A DNA stretch of 16,158 nt from a bacterium (GTDB lineage Bacteria > JAMCPX01): assembly GCA_037439545.1 (NCBI GenBank), contig JBBIVV010000043.1:1-16158 (forward strand). The letters run 5' to 3'. How positions within the stretch are numbered: position 1 is the stretch's first letter; each line of letters begins with the position of its first letter. Both the position numbers and the translations under genes were made by a program. The notes beneath the pieces were generated by a model. The model saw only the letters and a program-made list of their open reading frames with translations. It was not told the origin of the DNA and did no database searches. Of this stretch, positions 1-7,195 are shown one piece after another.

Positions 1-80
1 GATGAGCTCCCGCATCCTATACCTGCACTGGCTAACCCTATAGCCAGTAGTACGACTGTTAAGATTTTAATTTTCTTCAT
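1..80 (-). CDS. 5' end of a putative lipoprotein gene (partial, runs off the left edge)
   Basis: Reverse complement reads ATG AAG AAA ATT... = MKKIKILTVVLLAIGLASAGIGC-GSS: basic N-terminus, hydrophobic core, lipobox-like GIGC then Gly/Ser. AGGAGG Shine-Dalgarno just upstream (cctcct at 88-93 on +). Not in the ORF track because it is truncated. Confidence 0.85.
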   Translation of the reverse strand, partial: MKKIKILTVVLLAIGLASAGIGCGSS

Positions 81-102
81 AAAACTTCCTCCTTTTTCTT
101 AT

Positions 103-131
103 AGGCTATTTAATCTTATATTCTTTGTCAA
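103..131 (-). promoter_or_regulatory. sigma70-type promoter for the leftward lipoprotein gene
   Basis: Minus strand: perfect TTGACA (131-126), 17-nt spacer, TAGCCT (108-103, matches TAnnnT). Predicted +1 near 96, just upstream of the SD. Confidence 0.65.
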
Positions 132-145
132 TGATCAAGATCACA
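130..145. promoter_or_regulatory. CRP/FNR-family-like operator palindrome
   Basis: TGATC-AA-GATCA perfect dyad at 132-143. Read as AATGA-N6-TCACA it resembles CRP TGTGA-N6-TCACA; read as ATGAT-N4-ATCAC it resembles FNR TTGAT-N4-ATCAA. Confidence 0.5.
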
Positions 146-157
146 CTTTCTGTGGAC

Positions 158-166
158 TGGTAAAAT
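158..166 (+). promoter_or_regulatory. extended -10 promoter element for the rightward operon
   Basis: TGgTAAAAT matches TGnTATAAT with one mismatch and lies about 45 nt upstream of the SD-supported ATG at 210. Confidence 0.5.
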
Positions 167-209
167 GATACGTGATATGCAGCTTAAACAGTTCAAGCAG
201 GAGGGCCAG

Positions 210-1589
210 ATGAACAACCGGACGGGAAAAATTAAGATTACGATTGCAGTTGTAAGCTTGTCGTTTATCACCGTTACAACCGCTGCTCGTGCTCATGATG
301 TCCCCGGGTTTAACAGGCGGTTTGACCCTGTCATTATACAGGGTGCCATGCTTGCCCCTTTTTTGAGCGACAACATAAATAATTTAAGACTTTACCGCAT
401 AGTATCGAGACATGGGGAAAAAGAAATAGAGCTGGTTCCTTTTCAAATAGATGAGCGAAACGAGCATGGAGACTGGATATTTAATTTCAATAAACAGGGA
501 AATCCAGTCCCTTTAAAAAGGACCTCGCTTGCGCCCCAGGATGAACTGGTATTTATGGCAAAGGACGCGGGTGCAGGATTAAAAGGCGGACGATTGAATA
601 TGCATGAAGCAAGGGTCATGGAAATACAGCTTACAGACCCAGTTGACGATGCCCGTGCTTACGTATACCTTGCACTTTTTAAAGATGACCCTCCTCCCCT
701 TTCTCCGGTGCATTATATAAAATACGATCCGAAGGATGACCGTGTTTCTGCAACATTATATACGATGGCATTCTCAAAAAAAGCGCCCCTGTCCTATGAT
801 TATTATGAAATACCGGAATCAGCAGGGGGCGAGGGCATGAATATCTTCGATGGGTTTAAGATGAGGCTCGATATAAATACCGTTCTCTTCAATATACACA
901 GGGATGAGGATGATTTTAAATCAAGACTTGTCGGTTATATCCAGGGGCCCGTGCGGGTCATTCGGAGGGTCGCGAATTCAATGGATATCATGCTCGGCAT
1001 TCAATCGCCGTCTGTTTTGTCCGACAGCATGTACTATTATGATTTCTTTCAATTCCCGACTGTCGTCGATATTCCCATAGATCTCCAGCGGCTCTATGTC
1101 GTGAAAAAGGCACGGCTTGTGACGACAACAGACTTTAATCATAATGCACTCGGCATGTACTTTTATAATTCAAATAATCCCAAAGGCCTCAAAATCACCG
1201 GCACCATGAGTAAGACGCAAGAAGAGCTGAACAGATCCCCGTATGATTGGGCTGTCGTTTCAGGGCCACAGGGTGCATGGATGAACAGGGTCGTCATGGG
1301 CAAGGATGTTCCGTTTACCAAGGGGCTTTATTTCGTCGATGATGAAACCAAAAAAGATCCGCCTGAAAACGAACCAGGCCAGATCGGCAGTACAGGTTAT
1401 GATTTCGGAAATCTCATGAAAGCCAAAAAAGGGACCTACACGTTTACATCCTATATCTATATGCCTGTTGCATACAAACCCGGCGCTGAGAAGCCGTGGC
1501 TTAATATTATTGACCATCCCGTTGCTGCTGTGGTTTATTATAACGATAAACGGGTAGAGCCGGTAAAATTTGAAATGAAGAAGCACTAA
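210..1589 (+). CDS. exported hypothetical protein (about 459 aa), family not recognised
   Basis: Long ORF. ATG 210 is preceded by GGAGGG and followed by a Sec-type signal (MNNRTGKIKITIAVVSLSFITVTTAARA-H). The ORF-track start at 165 overlaps the putative -10 and has no SD. No catalytic motif recognised. Confidence 0.8.
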   Translation: MNNRTGKIKITIAVVSLSFITVTTAARAHDVPGFNRRFDPVIIQGAMLAPFLSDNINNLRLYRIVSRHGEKEIELVPFQIDERNEHGDWIFNFNKQGNPVPLKRTSLAPQDELVFMAKDAGAGLKGGRLNMHEARVMEIQLTDPVDDARAYVYLALFKDDPPPLSPVHYIKYDPKDDRVSATLYTMAFSKKAPLSYDYYEIPESAGGEGMNIFDGFKMRLDINTVLFNIHRDEDDFKSRLVGYIQGPVRVIRRVANSMDIMLGIQSPSVLSDSMYYYDFFQFPTVVDIPIDLQRLYVVKKARLVTTTDFNHNALGMYFYNSNNPKGLKITGTMSKTQEELNRSPYDWAVVSGPQGAWMNRVVMGKDVPFTKGLYFVDDETKKDPPENEPGQIGSTGYDFGNLMKAKKGTYTFTSYIYMPVAYKPGAEKPWLNIIDHPVAAVVYYNDKRVEPVKFEMKKH

Positions 1590-1603
1590 AAGGAGGCAGG
1601 CGC

Positions 1604-2305
1604 ATGATTTTAAGGACACTGAAAAATACAATAATTATCGGAATAATTGCCTTATCAACCCCTGTTTATCCAGCAACCATCACTCCCGACCAATGGGCTG
1701 TTCTTAAAAAAGGTGAGATTATAAAATGGCTTGAAGCTGTCAAAGGCACCGAGGTCAAGAAGGGAGTTGCAATCGGCATTGTCGATGCTCCGGCTGAACA
1801 GGTCTGGAGGGTCATTCATCAGAACAACGATTTTGTACACTTTATGCCGAGAATGCTTGAAAGTATACTGGTAGATCCTGCTGCAATTGATCAGGCAAAG
1901 GCTTTGAAATTCGACTACAATACCGGAGACCCTCAGGAACTTATTCAATTTTTGAAAAAGCACAGAGTTGATAAAATGACAGACACGACAGGCTATTTTT
2001 TTAGTTTGCTCAGTATACCCTGGCCTGCAACAAACAGATGGTATATAATAAAGCTTGAGGATTTCGTGACATCGGGAAGACGGTACCAACACTGGACCCT
2101 CGTTATCGGCAATCTGAAAACCAATGACGGTTCATGGGAGTTAATCCCGCTCGACAATGACCGGACGCTGGTAACCTATACCGTATTCTCTGATCCCGGA
2201 GGTTTGATACCCGATTGGATCATAAATGTAGGAACGAATCAAACACTGCCGGATGTCATAAAATCCGTAAGAAAAAGGGTCAAAAAAGAAGTGAGTAAAA
2301 ATTAG
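1604..2305 (+). CDS. exported SRPBCC/START-superfamily (polyketide cyclase/lipid-transfer-like) protein
   Basis: AAGGAGG SD; N-terminal signal-like segment; IVDAPAEQVWRVI...FVHFMP, LSIPWPATNRWY, GSWELIP..TLVTY and DPGGLIPDWIIN followed by a C-terminal helix are typical helix-grip/START motifs. Confidence 0.82.
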   Translation: MILRTLKNTIIIGIIALSTPVYPATITPDQWAVLKKGEIIKWLEAVKGTEVKKGVAIGIVDAPAEQVWRVIHQNNDFVHFMPRMLESILVDPAAIDQAKALKFDYNTGDPQELIQFLKKHRVDKMTDTTGYFFSLLSIPWPATNRWYIIKLEDFVTSGRRYQHWTLVIGNLKTNDGSWELIPLDNDRTLVTYTVFSDPGGLIPDWIINVGTNQTLPDVIKSVRKRVKKEVSKN

Positions 2306-2324
2306 TAAATAATAAGGAGGACGT

Positions 2325-3857
2325 ATGAAAAAGGGTATAATAATTTATTTCATTGCTTTGTTCCTTGGTGCTACATCTTTCATGTCATGTTCAGGCAGTA
2401 GCAGCAGCGGCACCAAGTCCTTTCCAAAAGGATTTTTGTGGGGGGTTGCAACCGCAGCAGAGCAGAGCGAGGGCGGCATTACCAATAACGACTGGTATAT
2501 ATGGGAACAGATGGGAAAGACTCCTCCTGTAGGTCTTGCAGACAACTTCTATAATTTATATGCAGTGGATTTCACCAATGTTGCATCGATGAATCTCAAT
2601 GCCTTCAGGCTTACCTTCGAATGGTCAAGGATAGTTCCGAACAAGCCTGCAAATATCTATGCACCGTTGACAGCGACGGATGTGGATATGAACGAGGTAA
2701 ATCACTACAAGGATGTCATTGCATCGATGAGAGCACACGGGATTGAACCGGTGGTCAGCCTGCTCCACTGGACTTTGCCGCAGTGGGTCGATACACCTGC
2801 AACCACTGCTTCCGATTGTTCAACAACAAGCCTGTGCGGCTGGACGAACACGCTTACCGCATACGCATTCTCGGGCTATGCGGCATTCATGGCACAGCAA
2901 TTCTCGACAACGGTAAAATACTGGATTACCGAAAACGAGCCCCTGCCCGATACGCTGAGCGGGTACATCATGGGGGTGTTTCCTCCGGGATTCAACAACC
3001 TCTCGGATCTCACTGCCACAACCATGCCCAACGCTGCAAGTGTCGTTACGGTAGTAAAGAATATGATCATGGGGCATGCGCTCGCGTATCATGCCATACA
3101 CGCGGTTGAGCCCAATGCAATGGTGAGTATAGCGGAGAATTCTATCTCTGTCAGTGCAATTCCCAATAATGCCGCGTCCGCAGCAGCAGCAAAGGCATTC
3201 GACCATGCATACAACCTTGCATACCTCGATGCCGCAACAAGCGGTGTATTCGACAACGGTCTCACCGGCACAACAAATACAGAATCGCATCCTGAATGGG
3301 CGCACACGCTCGACTATATAGGTGTTAATTATTACAACAACGATTATGTTGTTCCTGCTCCGGCGGGCTTTTTAAGGCCTATAAATGCATTGCCCTGTGA
3401 TTCAACCATAGGTGCGTTTATTTCCTTAAGCTCAATCGGGTGCCCTGCGCAGAATCCCCCTGAGACGCAGGGACTGACGAATATCCTGGTCGAATACGCA
3501 CAGAGATACCACCTGCCCATGCTCATTACCGAGAACGGCTATGGCGATGCCGATCCTGTGGGCAGGGCAAAATACATCGCTCAAAACATCATGGCCGTTA
3601 AAGACGCGCTCAACCGGGGTGCCGATATGATCGGCTACCTGTACTGGACGCTGGATTACGATTATGAATGGACGTCGGGGTATAAGCAAAACTTCGGTTT
3701 GTTCTATGTGGATGATTTTACGGGATCGACTTTCACCGAGCCCACCATTACGACAGACTTCACAAGAACACCGATTCATCCGGCTGTCGATGTTTTTTCT
3801 GCCATTGCAGCAGCCAATGATATAACGCCGACCATCGTGAACCAGTATGGACATTGA
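2325..3857 (+). CDS. glycoside hydrolase family 1 (beta-glycosidase), predicted lipoprotein
   Basis: FPKGFLWGVATAAEQSEG N-terminal signature, FRLTFEWSRIVP, LLHWTLP, TENEP (acid/base E205), ITENG (nucleophile E403), YEW. Signal peptide ends FMS-C22 followed by an SGSSSSG linker. AAGGAGG SD. Confidence 0.93.
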   Translation: MKKGIIIYFIALFLGATSFMSCSGSSSSGTKSFPKGFLWGVATAAEQSEGGITNNDWYIWEQMGKTPPVGLADNFYNLYAVDFTNVASMNLNAFRLTFEWSRIVPNKPANIYAPLTATDVDMNEVNHYKDVIASMRAHGIEPVVSLLHWTLPQWVDTPATTASDCSTTSLCGWTNTLTAYAFSGYAAFMAQQFSTTVKYWITENEPLPDTLSGYIMGVFPPGFNNLSDLTATTMPNAASVVTVVKNMIMGHALAYHAIHAVEPNAMVSIAENSISVSAIPNNAASAAAAKAFDHAYNLAYLDAATSGVFDNGLTGTTNTESHPEWAHTLDYIGVNYYNNDYVVPAPAGFLRPINALPCDSTIGAFISLSSIGCPAQNPPETQGLTNILVEYAQRYHLPMLITENGYGDADPVGRAKYIAQNIMAVKDALNRGADMIGYLYWTLDYDYEWTSGYKQNFGLFYVDDFTGSTFTEPTITTDFTRTPIHPAVDVFSAIAAANDITPTIVNQYGH

Positions 3858-3895
3858 TATGGTCACCCAAAATAATATAAATGAGACAACTGCAA

Positions 3896-3909
3896 CGTTA
3901 TTGCGAGGA
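3896..3909. repeat. truncated left arm of a GTCATTGCGA-type palindromic repeat
   Basis: CGTTATTGCGAGGA is 13/14 identical to the reverse complement of 4839-4852 (TCCTCGCAATGACG), the right arm of the intact element downstream. Confidence 0.55.
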
Positions 3910-3919
3910 AGTGAAACGC

Positions 3920-4064
3920 TGTCCGACAATACAAAAAACAGCACTTTTGTCATTCTGAACACCTTCGTTTCTCTCAGTATAAACTCCGTGAAGAATCTAT
4001 TCTTTTTCATCGGTTACAAAAACGAGATTCTTCGCTTTCGCCTCAGAATGACAATAGCCGGACA
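3920..4064. repeat. nested palindromic (REP/MITE-like) element, GTCATTCTGA...TCAGAATGAC type
   Basis: Perfect 12-bp IR TTGTCATTCTGA (3947-3958) / TCAGAATGACAA (4043-4054); inner 9-bp IR GAAGAATCT (3990-3998) / AGATTCTTC (4025-4033); outer 9/11 IR TGTCCGACAAT (3920-3930) / ATAGCCGGACA (4054-4064). Confidence 0.85.
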
Positions 4065-4746
4065 ACCTGTTAAGGGGAAAATAAAAAACACCCTATTGGC
4101 ACTATTTGTTTTGCCGATGCTGTTCATACCTATAAATGCACACGCTGTTCCCATAGGTACTTTGTCCGTGGGACAGAAAACAGGCGATTTTTCCCTTGGA
4201 TTCGGCATCGATTATAAGATGCGCCGCGTCAACTATGACGGGTATGATACGGATATGGCAACGAAGGGGTTTTCCGCAGCGGCACGGTACAGCATTATAA
4301 GCTCCCTCACTGTTTTTGCCGATGCAGGGTTTGCAGATGTGTCCCTCTCGAATCCGAATTTCCAGGGCTATATGGGGTTTTCTTATGGAGGCGGACTGAA
4401 GTTTTCTGTCCCGGACCCTCACAGGAGCAGGTACACCATCAACTTTGATGCGGATGTTTACAATGTGCAGAGCGGCAATAGCGTCAGGAATGCAAATGAT
4501 TTTGAATACTCAGGCGCTATATATGCAGCATTCAAAAACGCAAATACGATAACCTACGGCGGTCTTCAGGCATCCAATGTAGATCTTTCTTTTACAAGCC
4601 CGAATCAGGACTATCATTCCAAGTATAATGTGGGCGCTCTTTTCGGCATGGATGAATTTATAACGCCGTTTCTTTTCTTCAATTTCGAGGTACATGTTTT
4701 TGACGAGCAGTCCGTAGAAGGCAGTATGGGATATGAATTTTTTTAA
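4048..4746 (+). CDS. outer-membrane beta-barrel protein (start uncertain: ATG 4048 or ATA 4081)
   Basis: Signal peptide KIKNTLLALFVLPMLFIPINAHA; alternating amphipathic strands (FSLGFGIDY, LTVFADAGF, FSYGGGLKF, VGALFGMDEF); C-terminal GSMGYEFF aromatic BAM-type ending. The ORF-track extension to 3847 is translation of repeat DNA. Confidence 0.75.
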   Translation: MTIAGQPVKGKIKNTLLALFVLPMLFIPINAHAVPIGTLSVGQKTGDFSLGFGIDYKMRRVNYDGYDTDMATKGFSAAARYSIISSLTVFADAGFADVSLSNPNFQGYMGFSYGGGLKFSVPDPHRSRYTINFDADVYNVQSGNSVRNANDFEYSGAIYAAFKNANTITYGGLQASNVDLSFTSPNQDYHSKYNVGALFGMDEFITPFLFFNFEVHVFDEQSVEGSMGYEFF

Positions 4747-4767
4747 TACAACCGGTGTCGGTAATAT

Positions 4768-4851
4768 GTCATTGCGAACGACAGTGAAGCAATCCCTCCA
4801 AACATTAGATTGCTTCGGTCGTGGCACCAAAGCGCCACTCCTCGCAATGAC
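4768..4851. repeat. three-stem palindromic (REP/MITE-like) element, GTCATTGCGA...TCGCAATGAC type
   Basis: Perfect 10-bp terminal IR (4768-4777 / 4842-4851); inner IR GAAGCAATC (4786-4794) / GATTGCTTC (4808-4816); third hairpin GTGGCAC (4821-4827) / GCGCCAC (4832-4838). Confidence 0.88.
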
Positions 4852-4889
4852 GATGGAGCAATATTTTTTAGATCTGAAAGGAGACAGAG

Positions 4890-5546
4890 ATGAAAATCTT
4901 TCTTGATACGGCAAACGTGCAGGAAATAAAAAGGGCGGTGAGTTTTGGACTGATAGATGGAATTACGACCAATCCGAGCCTGCTTTCAAAAGAAGGTAAA
5001 GAACCTGTTGCACAACTAAAAGAGATAATCAAACTCGTTCACGGGCCCATAAGTGCCGAGGTCGTTTCACCGGATGCAGACGGTATGGTCAAAGAAGCAA
5101 AGCCACTTGCAAAACTCAGTAAAAACATCGTGATAAAAATCCCAATGTGCGAGCAGGGCATGATTGCAGTCAAAAGGCTCGCCGAACAGGGGATAAGAAC
5201 AAATGTAACCTTGATTTTCTCGTCTTCACAGGCACTGCTTGCCGCAAAGGCAGGTGCAAGCTATGTAAGCCCGTTTGTCGGCCGGATAGACGATATATCC
5301 GGCAACGGGATGGAGCTTATTGAGGAGATCGCCGCGATCTTTAATAATTATCTGTTCAAAACAGAGATTATCGTTGCAAGCATACGGCATCCCGTGCATT
5401 TCGTACAATCAGCAATCATAGGAGCGCACGTGGCAACGATACCGTTCAATGTACTTGAAAAACTCATGAAGCACCCTCTGACAGACAAGGGCATCGATGC
5501 ATTCAATAAAGACTGGGAGAAACTTAAAAACTCATTAAAAAAATAA
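4890..5546 (+). CDS. tal: transaldolase, short TalC/MipB (FSA-like) family
   Basis: [22 protein letters not shown] (Schiff-base K83), [32 protein letters not shown]. Glu in SAEV and Phe in SPFVGR are the transaldolase-type residues. AAGGAG SD. Confidence 0.93.
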   Translation: MKIFLDTANVQEIKRAVSFGLIDGITTNPSLLSKEGKEPVAQLKEIIKLVHGPISAEVVSPDADGMVKEAKPLAKLSKNIVIKIPMCEQGMIAVKRLAEQGIRTNVTLIFSSSQALLAAKAGASYVSPFVGRIDDISGNGMELIEEIAAIFNNYLFKTEIIVASIRHPVHFVQSAIIGAHVATIPFNVLEKLMKHPLTDKGIDAFNKDWEKLKNSLKK

Positions 5547-5562
5547 AACAGGTGAGGGCAAG

Positions 5563-5579
5563 TTTCGCAGGAATGACAA
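5563..5579. repeat. isolated right-arm remnant of a third GTCATT-family repeat (..TTCGCAGGAATGAC)
   Basis: TTTCGCAGGAATGACAA shares the GAATGACAA terminus with 4046-4054. No matching left arm found nearby. Confidence 0.45.
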
Positions 5580-5652
5580 TGTAGCTTGTGTGTGCATGTG
5601 AGTTGATTTGAATCGTTTTGCTTTTATTTTTTACCTGTGCTATTCATTTTTT

Positions 5653-7194
5653 ATGAAGCTAATGATGGGATTTTTATTGTTAGCTGTGGCGCTCGGTATT
5701 CCAGTATCCTGTAGTTCGGGGAGTAGTTCTTTTGGGTCTGGTTCAAGGACCCTCGGTTCTCCGCCCCCTTCGTCAGGAGGCACTACCTCTGCAAATCCAC
5801 AACCCGTCAATTACCTGCTTACATCCCCTGCTGCTACCAATCAATATGTCTTTGTTGCCAATACGACGAATAACACTGTTGCAAAGATTAACAAAACTAC
5901 GCTTTTTATAACCTCAATTCCCGTAGGCCTTATGCCGGCAATCGTTGACGTTACGCCTGACAATCAGACAGCAGCAGTATTCAACTCCGGCGATTACTCC
6001 GTATCGCTTATAGATATTTCAACGGACACGGTCACCACCCTGCCTGTCGATATCTATGATAACAGTATGGTTTTATCGCCGTCCGGTAATGTCGCCATAA
6101 CATACTTTGATCCGTCAAAGTCATTAAACCTTTCGGCAAACCCCACGCGTAACTTCAATGAGATTGGCATCGTAAGCATTCCGGATAAAACGTCCACTCT
6201 GATAAATGTCAGTTTTCTCCCCCGAACAGTCGTGTTCACCGATGACGGCAGTAAGGCAGTCGTCGTGACGACATCACAGATTGGCGTCATTGATTTAAAG
6301 AGCGGCGGTTATGCAGTTACCCGTTATCAGCTCGTGAATCCCTTGCTGCAGCAGATTATTCCTTCATCGCTCAAGCTCACACCGGACGGCAGGTATGCCA
6401 TTACCGCGGTTCAGAATTCCAGCAATGTGGTCATACAGGATATCATCAACGGCAGTCAGACCGTGCTTGCACTCGGACCCACGGTAACCGATGTTGCGTT
6501 AACGACCGATGGCACACGCGCCATTGCAGTCAATGCCGGTAACGGCAGTCTATCGTACATTACTCTGTCTACCTTCAGCGTGACGACACAGTATACGGGA
6601 CTTGACATAAATCACATCGCAATTTCCAACGACGGCACGGACGCACTGCTTTATACCAGCAATCCCACGACAACTACAGCGGCGGGTGAAACAGTGTATG
6701 TCCTTTCATTGACCGCCAGCTCAATTCAATCCTATCCTGTCGTAAAGGGTGTAAGCTCGGTAATTATGGCGCCTTTCACGACAACAGGCATATCATCGGC
6801 AATCATCGTTCACAATGGCCCCGGCGGTTCATCGACAGACCCTGTGAAACAATTCTTTTATAATAATTATGCGGTCACCATGTTTCAAATGGCAACAGGT
6901 CTTGAAACACCTGTTGCACTCGTGTCAGCCCCCACCATGTTCGCTACAAGCAATGACGGCATGTATGGTTATGCAATGATGCCTGATACCGGTGCAATTG
7001 CAATATTGAATCTTATAACTCAAATCTCAACGGGCATCTATGTTCCATCAACGCCCACATTTATCGGCGTTATGCCAGGCATGCACACAGCTTATATTGG
7101 CGAGACCTATCCGCTCGGCAGATTGAGCTTTATAGAGCCTGACCAAAACATGAATGTAAGTACAATAACAGGGTTTGAGTTGGGGACGCATTGA
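5653..7194 (+). CDS. beta-propeller (YVTN/YncE-like repeat) lipoprotein A
   Basis: MKLMMGFLLLAVALGIPVS-C then a Ser/Gly/Pro tether; repeated blade motifs YVFVANTTNNTVAKIN, VTPDNQTAAVFN, LSPSGNVAI, FTDDGSKAVV, LTPDGRYAI, LTTDGTRAIAVN, ISNDGTDALL. ATG 5653 preferred over TTG 5608. Confidence 0.82.
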   Translation: MKLMMGFLLLAVALGIPVSCSSGSSSFGSGSRTLGSPPPSSGGTTSANPQPVNYLLTSPAATNQYVFVANTTNNTVAKINKTTLFITSIPVGLMPAIVDVTPDNQTAAVFNSGDYSVSLIDISTDTVTTLPVDIYDNSMVLSPSGNVAITYFDPSKSLNLSANPTRNFNEIGIVSIPDKTSTLINVSFLPRTVVFTDDGSKAVVVTTSQIGVIDLKSGGYAVTRYQLVNPLLQQIIPSSLKLTPDGRYAITAVQNSSNVVIQDIINGSQTVLALGPTVTDVALTTDGTRAIAVNAGNGSLSYITLSTFSVTTQYTGLDINHIAISNDGTDALLYTSNPTTTTAAGETVYVLSLTASSIQSYPVVKGVSSVIMAPFTTTGISSAIIVHNGPGGSSTDPVKQFFYNNYAVTMFQMATGLETPVALVSAPTMFATSNDGMYGYAMMPDTGAIAILNLITQISTGIYVPSTPTFIGVMPGMHTAYIGETYPLGRLSFIEPDQNMNVSTITGFELGTH

Positions 7195-7195
7195 T

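Noticed and set aside
3432..4010. 192-aa minus-strand ORF
   Set aside because: It starts inside the repeat, is antisense to the GH1 gene and has no recognisable motif.
3847..4047. 67-aa N-terminal extension of the barrel ORF
   Set aside because: It is translation of palindromic repeat DNA (VILN...KNL...EILRFRLRMT), overlaps the GH1 stop and precedes an obvious signal peptide; it is unlikely to be real coding sequence.
4510..4914. 134-aa minus-strand ORF containing VIARSG...DCF...RND
   Set aside because: That peptide is the repeat element read in reverse, and the ORF overlaps two real genes in antisense.
3896..5579. CRISPR array or integron attC cassette array
   Set aside because: The repeats differ from one another, are not regularly spaced, lack GTTRRRY core sites at their ends, and no cas or intI gene is present. 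One intervening gene is housekeeping (tal).
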